From Bacteroidota bacterium (lineage in GTDB: Bacteria; Bacteroidota; Bacteroidia; Flavobacteriales_D; Crocinitomicaceae): DNA of 41,957 bases. The translations under genes were made by a program, and so were the position numbers. The notes beneath the pieces are model-generated. The model searched no databases, was not told where the DNA came from, and worked only from the letters and a program-made list of their open reading frames with translations. The DNA lies in assembly GCA_041183245.1 (NCBI GenBank), contig JBEGMB010000307.1, positions 1 through 41,957 on the forward strand, given 5' to 3'. Positions 16,445-27,882 of the stretch are shown piece by piece. The first letter of the stretch is position 1. Each line of letters starts with the position of its first letter.

Positions 16445-18129
16445 TGAAGGGAACAATCCTCTTATTTGTAATCTTAAGTTCCCTAATCTACTCATGTGCA
16501 TTAAACGATTCAAGAGTGATAAAAGGAGGGAAAGCCGTTTATGGCGACACCGTTAACTTGTCCATTCCTGAACCTATACAAACGCTTCACCCCTTATATA
16601 ATTCAGATTTATATGCGCACCGAATAATTAGTAATATTTTCGAGCCGCTATTTGACCTTGATGGAAAGTCAAATGAAATAGTTCCGCGCGTTGCAGCATC
16701 ATTCGTTTGGAAAAAAGATCATACCGTTCTGCGTGTATACATTAGAAAAGGGATTCTTTTTCATGAGGATGCGTGCTTCGATGGCGGCAATGCAGAACTT
16801 ACCGCATCAGATGTTAAATTCACCCTTGAAATGGCGTGTTCACAGAATGATATTAATCAATCAAATGATGCGTTAATTGGTAAAATAAAGGGGGCAGATG
16901 TATTCTTTAAAAATAAAGAGGTTAACTCAATTTCCGGGATTCGTATCGTGAATTCACATTGCTTAGATATTGAATTAAATGGGAAATATGCGCACTTCCC
17001 ACAATTACTGACTAGTTCTAAGTATGGTATTTGTTCTAAAGTTGCTTATACCCACTATAAAAAGGACATCATTAATCATCCCATAGGAACCGGACCATTT
17101 CAATTATCTCAGTTAAGGAATACACAGGTATTACTTAGCTATAATCCTTCATATTGGAAAAAAGATGCTTTTGGAAATGTATTACCGTACCTTAATGCAT
17201 TAAAATTTCAGGTAATTCCAAGTGAAAAAAATGACGTGCTCGCGTTTAAAAACCAACAAACGGACATGATCAGTGAGGTTTCGCCACAACATATAGACCA
17301 TATTTTATATGACCTTAAGGCATTACATTACAAAAAACCATTTGCTCACCGTGTAATGGTAATCCCTGGAAGTAGAGTATCTATGATTGTGCTCAACCAG
17401 CAGCTTGATTGCTTTAAGGACCCCCGAATTAGAAGGGCAATTGACTTGGTTATTGATCGCGAAATAATTGCCAATGAACTTATGAATGGCGATGGAATTC
17501 CTGCAAAACAAGGATTTGCGCCACCATCGACCTATTACAACAACAATGAATTACCTAAAAAACCGGTGGATGTTGTGCTCGCCAAACAACTATTTAGAGA
17601 GGCTGGATACGGGCCAAATCGCCCATTTCCTATCATGAATCTCTATGTTGCTGGGAATAATTCACAACAAGCTAAGATTTATTGTCACTATATTGCTAAG
17701 CAATTAAAAACAGTCTTAGGTATTGAAACGATAATTCATGAAGTTGATTTAGCTACTCGATTAAGCGCTGTAGTTTCCAATAAAGCGACAATATGGAAGC
17801 TTGGTTGGTCTCCAGACTACCCTGATCCGGAGGCCTATTTTGGCCTATTTTATAGTAAAAACCCAACCAATAAAAATCAAAACCCCTTGTTTCCCAAAGT
17901 TAATTCTGCCATTTATGACTTCAATTTTAGTATGGGAATGGAAGAGTCCGACAATGGGTTGCGAAATAATTATTTCACAACATGTGATTTGATTTTACAA
18001 GAAGAACATTGGGTTTTGCCCATCTTATATGAAGACTTTGTCTTTGTGTTTAACTTGAAAATGCGAGGAATCAAGGTAAGCCAAATCGGATTGTTTGATT
18101 TTACAGAAACCTATATTAAGCCCCTTTAA
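16444..18129 (+). CDS. ABC transporter substrate-binding protein, family 5 (peptide/nickel type), orphan
   Basis: 561 aa with a lipobox-like N-terminus (LIYSCAL). Size and conserved blocks are typical of SBP_bac_5 (FHEDACF...LTASDVKFTLE, WSPDYPDPEAYF). The start overlaps the upstream stop (TAATG). No permease or ATPase gene is adjacent. Confidence 0.7.
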   Translation: MKGTILLFVILSSLIYSCALNDSRVIKGGKAVYGDTVNLSIPEPIQTLHPLYNSDLYAHRIISNIFEPLFDLDGKSNEIVPRVAASFVWKKDHTVLRVYIRKGILFHEDACFDGGNAELTASDVKFTLEMACSQNDINQSNDALIGKIKGADVFFKNKEVNSISGIRIVNSHCLDIELNGKYAHFPQLLTSSKYGICSKVAYTHYKKDIINHPIGTGPFQLSQLRNTQVLLSYNPSYWKKDAFGNVLPYLNALKFQVIPSEKNDVLAFKNQQTDMISEVSPQHIDHILYDLKALHYKKPFAHRVMVIPGSRVSMIVLNQQLDCFKDPRIRRAIDLVIDREIIANELMNGDGIPAKQGFAPPSTYYNNNELPKKPVDVVLAKQLFREAGYGPNRPFPIMNLYVAGNNSQQAKIYCHYIAKQLKTVLGIETIIHEVDLATRLSAVVSNKATIWKLGWSPDYPDPEAYFGLFYSKNPTNKNQNPLFPKVNSAIYDFNFSMGMEESDNGLRNNYFTTCDLILQEEHWVLPILYEDFVFVFNLKMRGIKVSQIGLFDFTETYIKPL

Positions 18130-19084
18130 GAATTTCTCTTATTTGGTCTTCTACCCAACCCTTGCCCCATTGATCGATTTCCTCTGCACTCCATAGGCTT
18201 GGGTAAAAAATGCGCTTTTGAAATTTTGGAGGCAAATACTTTTGCCAATTGGTACCTCCCGTTGCTGCAACATCTACATCTTTTCTTGCTAAGTAACGAA
18301 CAGCAGATTTGTAATGTGCCAAAGGCCAATATACATTGACATTTAAATCATTCGTGCGCAGCACTTTCTTTACCTCTTCATCGGCTTGATCTGCTTCAGA
18401 TAAACTCAAATATACCTGCCATAAATTCCGTGATTTACAATGCTTCCCTAGGGCAATGAACGAATGCTCATACTTCTCCTCGAATTGAGTAAGGGTTAAG
18501 GTTTTATTCCCAGTTTCCATTTCAGTAGCACCAAACTTCCAATAAATTTGTTCATACATGGATTCTATCGAGGCCTCTGAATCAAACGATGAACGCATAT
18601 CACGCGCAACCAAATTGATGAAGTCTGTGCTGTAAATTTCAATTTCACGGTATTGTGCTGATTGAAAACCACTCGCTGGCAACAAGGACATTCTAAACTT
18701 TAAAAATTCATCTCGGTCCATGCCATCAACCATAATTGAAAAGCTCTTTATAAGCGCCTCAAAATATCGATTAATACGCGTTACTCGATCAATAAAATGT
18801 GTTTTTGTAAGAGTTTTAGTTTCCCCCAATGCTTTGAACTCTTGAAGGATCAATTTAAAATAAAGCTCCGTGATTTGATGATAAACGATAAATACCACTT
18901 CATCCGGAAACCTTGTTTTTGGCTTTTGAAGGCTTAACAACGTATCTAATTCTATATAGTCCCAATAGGTAGTTACATCTGCATACAGTAAGCCGTCTAA
19001 ATACGATAGTAAATCTTGTCCAATGGCCTGATATTTTGCATTGAGTAGTTCGAGGCGGTCATGAAGCTCTTTTGTTATTTCCAT
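18116..19084 (-). CDS. kynA: tryptophan 2,3-dioxygenase family protein
   Basis: 322 aa. The strings YWDYIELDTLLSLQKP and FIVYHQITELYFKLIL match the TDO helices (Y..YL.LD.LL..Q; HQ.YELWFK). Confidence 0.75.
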   Translation of the reverse strand: MEITKELHDRLELLNAKYQAIGQDLLSYLDGLLYADVTTYWDYIELDTLLSLQKPKTRFPDEVVFIVYHQITELYFKLILQEFKALGETKTLTKTHFIDRVTRINRYFEALIKSFSIMVDGMDRDEFLKFRMSLLPASGFQSAQYREIEIYSTDFINLVARDMRSSFDSEASIESMYEQIYWKFGATEMETGNKTLTLTQFEEKYEHSFIALGKHCKSRNLWQVYLSLSEADQADEEVKKVLRTNDLNVNVYWPLAHYKSAVRYLARKDVDVAATGGTNWQKYLPPKFQKRIFYPSLWSAEEIDQWGKGWVEDQIREILKGA

Positions 19085-19105
19085 AATACGTAAATTGACT
19101 GGCTA

Positions 19106-19933
19106 CTAAGTTAGTTGAATCTGTTCTGCATTTAAGACTTGTCCGAATATTTCGCTGGCGTGTGCATTAAAATAATCGCTACTCTCGGTAGTGTAACACC
19201 TTAGCGTTGCGCCAAGGGCTAACCGATGTTCCATCTCCGGATGTCTATTTAAATAATCTTTAAGTTTTTCAGCGACTAAGGGCCCCTGAGATATTACCGT
19301 AACCCCCGGAGGGACCAAAGAGTCTATCAAGGGTTTTAAAATTGGGTAATGCGTACACGCTAAAACAATTACGTCAATAGTTGCATTCTGTTCGAATAAT
19401 CGCTTAAGATCTGAGGTTATAATGAGCTCTCCTGCTGGCGAATGGTATTGTTGTTCTTCGATTAAAGGTACCCAAAGTGGGCAGGCTTGTTGATAGACTT
19501 TAGTATTGGGACTTGACTTCGCCAATTCAATAACATATGAATTAGAGTTAACCGTACCTTCTGTTCCTAAAATACCTACCACACCAGTTCGTGATAGCGA
19601 TCCAATTTCCTCCGTACTCGGCCGTATTACCCCAAGCACTCGTTTATTGGGCGCAAGGTGTGGTAAATCTCGTTGCTGAATGGTGCGTAGTGCTTTTGCG
19701 GATGCGGTATTGCAGGCAAGAATAACGAGCTCACATCCTTGCTCAAAGAGGTATTTAACTCCTTCTAAGGTATATTCATAAATCAAATCAAAGGACTTGT
19801 TGCCGTAAGGCGCACGTGCATTATCCCCTAGATATACGTATTCGTACATTGGGAACAGATGGACAATATCACGTAAAATCGTTAACCCCCCAAAGCCCGA
19901 ATCAAAAACACCTATTTTTCCTTTCCGTTCCAC
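19106..19933 (-). CDS. murI: glutamate racemase
   Basis: Carries IGVFDSGFGGLT, LACNTASA and LACTHYP with the catalytic Cys motifs. I prefer the GTG start at 19933 because the ORF-track TTG at 19960 lies inside the upstream terminator hairpin. Confidence 0.9.
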   Translation of the reverse strand: MERKGKIGVFDSGFGGLTILRDIVHLFPMYEYVYLGDNARAPYGNKSFDLIYEYTLEGVKYLFEQGCELVILACNTASAKALRTIQQRDLPHLAPNKRVLGVIRPSTEEIGSLSRTGVVGILGTEGTVNSNSYVIELAKSSPNTKVYQQACPLWVPLIEEQQYHSPAGELIITSDLKRLFEQNATIDVIVLACTHYPILKPLIDSLVPPGVTVISQGPLVAEKLKDYLNRHPEMEHRLALGATLRCYTTESSDYFNAHASEIFGQVLNAEQIQLT

Positions 19934-19946
19934 AAAATAAAGGTAT

Positions 19947-19971
19947 AAAAAAAGGGGCAAAAGCCCCTTTT
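19947..19971 (-). terminator. rho-independent terminator after the second skp/ompH gene
   Basis: On the minus strand, AAAAGGGGC-TTTT-GCCCC is followed by TTTTTTT. Confidence 0.65.
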
Positions 19972-19987
19972 AATTCTTTACAGGTTC

Positions 19988-20503
19988 TTACTTCTTCATT
20001 GCTTCCGCATCTAAACGGGCCAATTCAGTTTTAACCTCAGCCGTAATATCAATGCCTGTTTTTGAATATAGTAATTTGGAAACATCAAGTACATAATTTA
20101 CTTTCTTTCGATCTGCAACAATTTCTACTGCTTTTTGAAGTCTATCAAGGATTGGTTGATTATACTCATTTGCTAAGGTTTGAAGTTGTTGTTGAAGCAA
20201 GGATTGTGTTTGCTGGTAACGTTGTTCTAATCCCATGATCTTCTCTTGTTCGATTTTTAACATGGTTGGGGTTAAGTCACCTTTAATCCCATCTAAGCGA
20301 ACATAGGCATCATTGATTTGCTTTTCTAGTACCGATAATTCCGCCACACCATCGTCTTGAAATTTCTTTAAATCTGATTCTGCTTTCAAATAGGAAGGTA
20401 ACGAATCTAATAAGCTTTGTGAATTCACGTGAGCAATTTTCATTTGAGCATTCAAGGTCACGGTCATTAAGACGGTAGCAATAACTAATACAATTTGTTT
20501 CAT
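19988..20503 (-). CDS. OmpH/Skp family periplasmic chaperone
   Basis: The signal peptide MKQIVLVIATVLMTVTLNAQ starts at the ATG at 20503 (the ORF-track start at 20584 is over-extended). The body is coiled-coil and Q/E/K-rich. It lies downstream of bamA. Confidence 0.85.
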   Translation of the reverse strand: MKQIVLVIATVLMTVTLNAQMKIAHVNSQSLLDSLPSYLKAESDLKKFQDDGVAELSVLEKQINDAYVRLDGIKGDLTPTMLKIEQEKIMGLEQRYQQTQSLLQQQLQTLANEYNQPILDRLQKAVEIVADRKKVNYVLDVSKLLYSKTGIDITAEVKTELARLDAEAMKK

Positions 20504-20519
20504 ATTTACGTGTTTAAGT

Positions 20520-21038
20520 TTATTCTTTTGTAATTCCCATTTCTTCCAAAACAGTGTTGCTAATATCGGCTTCTTTATCGGCATAAATCAAATTGCTTTG
20601 ATTGGCTTTATCAAAAACGAAGGTATACCCTTCTGATTTAGCAACTTTCTTCATGGCTGTATAAATTCGATCTTGAATTGGTTTAATTAATTCTTGGCGT
20701 TTCATGAAATAATCGCCATTCAACCCAAACCGTTGGGTCTGAAGCTCCAAGGTTTCTTTTTCTAATTTTTCTATTTCTGATTTCCGTTTTGCTTTTTCCT
20801 CTGCGGGTAGTAAAATCTCTTCCTTGTTAAAATTTTCTTTTTGCGTTTTTATTACATTGAACCGATCTTCAATATCCTTTGTCCAAGTTTCGGCCAGTTT
20901 ATCAAGTTTTGCTTTTGATTCTGCATATTCCGGAATGCTATTCAACATATAATCAGAATCTATGAAGGCAAAAGACTGAGCGTTTACCTTTGTAAACAGG
21001 GCCATCATTAGGAAAATAACTACGTGGAATGATTTCAT
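20520..21038 (-). CDS. OmpH/Skp family periplasmic chaperone
   Basis: 172 aa with a signal peptide and a K/E-rich coiled coil. It directly follows bamA. Confidence 0.85.
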   Translation of the reverse strand: MKSFHVVIFLMMALFTKVNAQSFAFIDSDYMLNSIPEYAESKAKLDKLAETWTKDIEDRFNVIKTQKENFNKEEILLPAEEKAKRKSEIEKLEKETLELQTQRFGLNGDYFMKRQELIKPIQDRIYTAMKKVAKSEGYTFVFDKANQSNLIYADKEADISNTVLEEMGITKE

Positions 21039-21087
21039 GTGTGTTTTTTGACTGCGAACGGCGAATTTACAATAATATTATCAAATT

Positions 21088-23625
21088 TTACAATTCACCA
21101 AGGTTCATGCCAATCGTGAAACTTAGCTTTGGATAAAATCCTTTTGTTGTAATTGAGGCATCGGATGGCCCGTTATATCCAGAGCCCCAAGAATCTAATT
21201 TATCAAAGCCCAACCCATAATCTAGGCCTAACATTCCAAACATTGGAAGGAACACTCGAATTCCAACACCTGCTGCTCGTTTCACATTGAATGGATTAAA
21301 GTTTTTTAAATCAGGATAGGTGTTTCCTGCTTCTAAGAATCCAGTAACATAAAATGTTGCTTGGGGATTCAATGAAATCGGATAACGTAACTCAAGTGTA
21401 TATTTTGCAATAATCGGGTCGGATCCCGCAGATGAAATCGCTTGATCTTCATATCCACGAAGTGCAATGATTTCTCGCCCTCCAAGCTGATTAACCCCTG
21501 TTAATCCACTTCCGCCCATCGTAAAACGATCGAATGGCGTAACCCCTTTCGCCGCGGTATACGCACCAATATAACCAAAGCCAAATCGTGGCATTAGGAC
21601 AAGCTTTCTATTGGACGTTAGGGGTAAATACCATTCCCCTGTAAATTTAAATTTGAAGTACTCTAAATACAGGTATTTTTCAGCGATGGACATTTTCGAA
21701 TAATCTAATCCTTTCTTGAAATAGGAGTAGGGTAATGTAGATTTTGCTGTCAAGGTGAAATTCGATCCACTTTGAGGATAAATCGGTGCGCTGACCGAAG
21801 AACGTTGTAACACATATTTCAACGCGATATCGTTAGAATACCCTTTAGGAAATAATGGAAACCTGAAATCATTCACCACATCATAATACTGATAACTCAA
21901 TTCATAATACGCGGTAAAATAGTCATCTGGGATTTTTTTTCTTCGTTGTAGTCCTACCCCAACCCCGGTAATTGAAATTCCATTATAGGCAGGATTGGTT
22001 CTAATGAATCCGTTTGAAGATAAGGCCGTGTTATTTAACCAAAACGAAAGTGCATTTGGTTTTTTACCCCCTAACCATGGCTCTGTAAATGAGAAGGTAT
22101 AACCCTGATAAAATCGTCCATTCGATTGTGCACGAATAGAAAGACGCTGACCGTCGCCCCCCGGAAGCGGAGACCACGCTGATTTTTTGAAAAAATTCTT
22201 GGTGGAAAAATTATTAAATGTTAAGCCTAGGGTGCCTATGACACGTCCGGACCCCGTTGGACCAGCGCCACCATATCCACCCGATAATTCAATTTGATCG
22301 GAAGATTTTTCTTCTACAACATATTGAATATCAACCGTTCCTTTTTCTGGGTTAGGCATGGGATTAACTTTCATGGTTTGGTCATTGAAAAACCCGAGTT
22401 GAGACAACTCCCGCTGCGTCCGCATGATGTCTTCCTTATTAAACAAATCACCCGGTTTCGTTCGGATTTCACGATAAATCACCTGGTCGTTGGTTTTGGT
22501 ATTTCCGATAACTGTGATTTCTCCGTATCTGGCTTCTTTGCCCTCATAAATTCTAAATTGATAATTAATGAAATTACCGGTAACTCCTGTTTCTACTGGA
22601 TAAATTTGAAAAAACAAATGGCCTTTATTCATGTATAAAGAATTAATATCCCTGCCGTCTTCTCCACCGTTCAAGCGTTTGTCCAACAGTGTTTTATTAT
22701 ATACATCCCCCTTTTTAATGCCAATTACAGAATCAAGAAAACTAGAACGGTATTTACTGTTGCCAAACCATTCGAAATCACCAAAATAATATTTGCTGCC
22801 CTCATCTATGGTAATGCGAACAATTAAGTTTTTCGGGTCTTGAAAATACACCGTATCACTTACTATATGTGCGTCTCGTAATCCAGCGGCATAGAACTTT
22901 TCAATCAGGGCCTTTTTATCTTTTTCATAGGTCGATACTGTGAATTTTGAACGTTTGAAGATCCGCAATATAGACTTCTTTTTAGTGTCTTTCATTGCCA
23001 TATACAGTTTCCATGTAGGAACACTTTCAGCACCGTCAAGTTGAATTTCTTTAATTCCCACTTTTTCACCCCGTTCAATATTGATAACAAAAATCTCAGA
23101 GTCATTCATTATGGTATCCTTGATCCGGGTAATATCCGCAGAAATGGAGTAAAAACCTTTCTCTCTAAAATATCCTCGAATTTTAGCGTCGGTTTGAAAT
23201 AATAAATTTTCTGTAATTGTTTTTCCTGAGAACAAATCCAATTCCTCGCGCAGTTTATCTGCCTCACGCTTCGGAATTCCTCTGAACTTAAAATGAGACA
23301 ATTTAGGTCGTGCCTTTAAATGAATCGATAAATACACTACGCCTTGAATTTCCTTGTCTAATACAATTGAAATATCAGAGAACAATTCTTCTTCCCAAAG
23401 GTTTCTAATCGCTTTACTCAGTTGGTCACCAGGAATCGTGATTTTCTGGCCTTGTCTAAGCCCTGCAACAGCTTTTATGGCTTGCTGGTCGAAATTATCA
23501 GCACCAACAACTCGTACAGGTCCAATTTCATATTCGGTAGGGACTGAAAAATCTGACGTGTTATTAATAAACTGCCCAAATACCGTGGAACAACAGATCA
23601 AGAATATATATGCTAGAATTCTCAT
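21088..23625 (-). CDS. bamA: outer membrane protein assembly factor BamA
   Basis: 845 aa with a signal peptide, repeated POTRA-like modules and a C-terminal beta-barrel with alternating aromatic pattern. It sits in the conserved uppS-bamA-skp-skp context. Confidence 0.92.
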   Translation of the reverse strand: MRILAYIFLICCSTVFGQFINNTSDFSVPTEYEIGPVRVVGADNFDQQAIKAVAGLRQGQKITIPGDQLSKAIRNLWEEELFSDISIVLDKEIQGVVYLSIHLKARPKLSHFKFRGIPKREADKLREELDLFSGKTITENLLFQTDAKIRGYFREKGFYSISADITRIKDTIMNDSEIFVINIERGEKVGIKEIQLDGAESVPTWKLYMAMKDTKKKSILRIFKRSKFTVSTYEKDKKALIEKFYAAGLRDAHIVSDTVYFQDPKNLIVRITIDEGSKYYFGDFEWFGNSKYRSSFLDSVIGIKKGDVYNKTLLDKRLNGGEDGRDINSLYMNKGHLFFQIYPVETGVTGNFINYQFRIYEGKEARYGEITVIGNTKTNDQVIYREIRTKPGDLFNKEDIMRTQRELSQLGFFNDQTMKVNPMPNPEKGTVDIQYVVEEKSSDQIELSGGYGGAGPTGSGRVIGTLGLTFNNFSTKNFFKKSAWSPLPGGDGQRLSIRAQSNGRFYQGYTFSFTEPWLGGKKPNALSFWLNNTALSSNGFIRTNPAYNGISITGVGVGLQRRKKIPDDYFTAYYELSYQYYDVVNDFRFPLFPKGYSNDIALKYVLQRSSVSAPIYPQSGSNFTLTAKSTLPYSYFKKGLDYSKMSIAEKYLYLEYFKFKFTGEWYLPLTSNRKLVLMPRFGFGYIGAYTAAKGVTPFDRFTMGGSGLTGVNQLGGREIIALRGYEDQAISSAGSDPIIAKYTLELRYPISLNPQATFYVTGFLEAGNTYPDLKNFNPFNVKRAAGVGIRVFLPMFGMLGLDYGLGFDKLDSWGSGYNGPSDASITTKGFYPKLSFTIGMNLGEL

Positions 23626-24365
23626 TTTTCTAAAATTACTTGTTCTGATGTTTTTCCAAAGCGGCGCTCTCTGCGTTGATAATCATAAATAGCTTCCATT
23701 AAATGCGCTCTGCGAAATTCTGGCCAAAACACAGGAGTAAAGTGGAGTTCCGCATAAGCCAATTGCCAAAGTAAAAAATTGCTTACGCGGTGCTCCCCGC
23801 TCGTTCGAATAACAAGTTCTGGGTCGGGTATGTCGGCTGTATAGAGCGCCTGTTGAAACTCCTGTATATTAATTTTATCTGGGGCTAACGCTCCATCAAG
23901 TACCCGCTGTGCTATTTTTTTTGTTGCGGAAACAATTTCTTCTCTAGAGGAATAATTAAGCGCTAAAATCAAATTAATTTTATCGTTTTTTGACGTTGCA
24001 TTAACTGCTTCACTTAAACTCTCGATGCAGGCAGCAGGTAGCTTACTTACATCTCCAATGGTTGTAAGTTTTACTCCATTTTCATGTAAAACCGGTAATT
24101 CTCCATGGATAGAGGCAACTAATAGTTCCATTAAGCCATCTATTTCCTCCTGTGGTCTACCCCAGTTTTCAGCTGAAAATGCATATAAGGTTAAGTGTTT
24201 GACACCGAATTCAACCGCGGCCTTTAGAGTTTCACGAACGGAATCAACTCCACTTGAATGACCATAAAGACGATCATGACCTTTCGCTCTTGCCCACCGT
24301 CCATTTCCATCCATAATGATTGCAATATGCTTGGGAATATTTGATGAATCGAGTTGCTTTGGCAC
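23622..24365 (-). CDS. uppS: isoprenyl transferase (undecaprenyl diphosphate synthase)
   Basis: Carries HIAIIMDGNGRWA, FSAENWGRP and RTSGEHRVSNFLLWQ. It has a GTG start and an ATGA overlap with bamA. Confidence 0.93.
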   Translation of the reverse strand: MPKQLDSSNIPKHIAIIMDGNGRWARAKGHDRLYGHSSGVDSVRETLKAAVEFGVKHLTLYAFSAENWGRPQEEIDGLMELLVASIHGELPVLHENGVKLTTIGDVSKLPAACIESLSEAVNATSKNDKINLILALNYSSREEIVSATKKIAQRVLDGALAPDKINIQEFQQALYTADIPDPELVIRTSGEHRVSNFLLWQLAYAELHFTPVFWPEFRRAHLMEAIYDYQRRERRFGKTSEQVILEK

Positions 24366-24451
24366 CTTAATTATGGTTTAATTTGCACGAATATAAATAA
24401 AGTAAGGCGCTTCACCCAAAACAAAGGAGCAAGTTAACATGTCTTAACAGC

Positions 24452-24729
24452 CTAATCGGCCAATAAAACTATCTTATCGCCAAGCATTTCTGCCACACCA
24501 CCCTTGATTTCAAAACTGAATTTATTGGGGTCGGTTGTTTTCGTCAATTTCTCTGTAATTTCAGGCGCGGTCTGAGTAACATCAATAATCACTGTCCCGG
24601 CTTTTAACGCAGAAATTATTGCCGCGTGACCATTTAATACTTGAAATTCACCTTCAATTCCCGGCATTTTAACAGCGTCTACAGCGCCATGAAAAACAAG
24701 GGCCTCTGGAGTTAGGATATCTAGAATCA

Positions 24730-24730
<1 letters not shown>
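24452..24730 (-). CDS. atpC: F0F1 ATP synthase subunit epsilon (short form)
   Basis: 92 aa, immediately downstream of atpD with a 1-nt overlap. It has the N-terminal beta-sandwich pattern (ILTPE..VF.G.V..V..PG..GEF.VL..HA). Confidence 0.85.
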
Positions 24731-26286
<1,556 letters not shown>

Positions 26287-26291
26287 AACAA

Positions 26292-27500
26292 TTATGCTTT
26301 TTCTCTCGATTTTATTAAAAATGATGTTGTAATAAAGGTTGCGACAAAACCGAGGCTTATAAGCAGAAAGAGCAGAGATAACACCTGTAAAACGTCAAAT
26401 TTTGAAGGGAATGCATTGAGGGTGCCCGGAATCGTTATTAAATGCAGTTGTTCATGAAGAAAAACTAACAGGGAGCCTAGCCCTAAACCAATAAAGACAC
26501 CGAAACCCACAATGATAAGACCTAACACAATGAATACACGTTTTACATCAACGGAACTCAACCCGAGAGAATACATGGTGTTGAGTTGTGCTTTTTTCTC
26601 TAAAAAGGTCATTGTTAAGGAGGCAGAAAGATTGAATAGCGACAAAATGAAGACAAATATTAAAATAATAACCACAATAAGTTTTTCTGATTTGCTCGTT
26701 TTGAAAATTAATTCATTCTTTTCTAGGTTAGTTTTAATCGTAAATTGCTTGCCAAACTTGTTGTTCAGGATATTATTTACGACAGATCGTTGATTGATTT
26801 CTGTCTGGATTAACAGTCCGCTAACCTCATCATTAAAATACCCTTTAGCAAAGCTCAAGGAAACCAATAAAATTTGATCGTTAACTTCTTTATTGTAATC
26901 CATAGCGCCAACAACCGCAATGTTTTGCTGGAAAAAGGGCGATTTTCCTATTCGGATTTTACGGTCTTGGCGCGGAATATACAATACTACCGACTCCGGG
27001 GTTAAATCCATGGAACGCAAGCCAAGTTTATTGGCAAGCCCTACACCAATCAATGATTGGTTTTCATTTTCAGTCGCTCTTCCATTGATTAAATGTTCGC
27101 GTGTGTACAACTTCGCCATTTGATTGAATGATGGTTCTACTGCCCACAATTCTGCATTTGCCCACTTCTTTTTCTTACGGAGAATTATTCGCTCTTGAAT
27201 AAATAAACTTGTTCGTTCTACGCCTTGAAGTTGTTCTGAAAAAGAGACAAGTTGTTTTAAAGAATCTGGATGGATTTTCTTGCTTTCTCTAGGCCGAACA
27301 ATAATCTCCTGATCAAATTCCGTGTACAATCCTTCGATCATACCTTCAATTCCATTAAAGGCCGAGAGTAAAATAACCATGGCCGCCGCAGAAACTAACA
27401 TGCCAAGAACAGCAATCCAAGAAATTACCGATACGGCAGTTTTTTTTTGTCTTGAAATCAATAAGCGCTTGGCAATAAATAAAACAGTACGAAGTTTCAC
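26292..27500 (-). CDS. FtsX-like ABC transporter permease (LolC/E-like)
   Basis: 402 aa with an N-terminal TM helix, a large periplasmic loop and three C-terminal TM helices (the FtsX/MacB fold pattern). It has a GTG start that overlaps the rbfA stop (GTGA). The rbfA-ftsX-like pairing is common in Bacteroidetes. Confidence 0.8.
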   Translation of the reverse strand: MKLRTVLFIAKRLLISRQKKTAVSVISWIAVLGMLVSAAAMVILLSAFNGIEGMIEGLYTEFDQEIIVRPRESKKIHPDSLKQLVSFSEQLQGVERTSLFIQERIILRKKKKWANAELWAVEPSFNQMAKLYTREHLINGRATENENQSLIGVGLANKLGLRSMDLTPESVVLYIPRQDRKIRIGKSPFFQQNIAVVGAMDYNKEVNDQILLVSLSFAKGYFNDEVSGLLIQTEINQRSVVNNILNNKFGKQFTIKTNLEKNELIFKTSKSEKLIVVIILIFVFILSLFNLSASLTMTFLEKKAQLNTMYSLGLSSVDVKRVFIVLGLIIVGFGVFIGLGLGSLLVFLHEQLHLITIPGTLNAFPSKFDVLQVLSLLFLLISLGFVATFITTSFLIKSREKA

Positions 27501-27832
27501 TTTTTCAGCAACTTTTCAATTTGGTCTGCATAATCCAATGAATCATCCAAGAAAAACCGTAAACTCGGTATTTTACGCATGTTTTTGAGTCGGTTACCAA
27601 CTTCTCTTCTAATTACCCCTGTATTCGACTCAATGGATTGCAATACGCGCTGTGGTTCTTGATGGGCGAAAACACTAAGATAACATCGCGCTAATGATAA
27701 ATCAGCTGTAACCCGAACCACAGTTACAGATACCATTGCACCTAAGGTTATTTCACTTGCTTTCGTCAATAGGAAACTTGATAATTCTTGACGAATGGCG
27801 CCCTCTATTTTTTGCTGTCTTATACTGCTCAT
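27497..27832 (-). CDS. rbfA: 30S ribosome-binding factor RbfA
   Basis: 111 aa. The strings R..K+...I..ELS and VTVVRVTADLSLARCYLSVF are typical of RbfA. Confidence 0.88.
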   Translation of the reverse strand: MSSIRQQKIEGAIRQELSSFLLTKASEITLGAMVSVTVVRVTADLSLARCYLSVFAHQEPQRVLQSIESNTGVIRREVGNRLKNMRKIPSLRFFLDDSLDYADQIEKLLKK

Positions 27833-27882
27833 TGGGTCAAAGTTACGAATCTTCGCGAGGTCTTTTACCTTGTCTTAACAAA

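Noticed and set aside
19934-19960. N-terminal extension of murI from the TTG at 19960 (MPLFLYLYF...), and similar extensions at 20504-20584, 27736-27882, 37450-37611, 3273-3317 and 34445-34483
   Set aside because: The extensions run through terminator hairpins, promoters or the preceding gene. Internal starts give canonical signal peptides or conserved N-termini.
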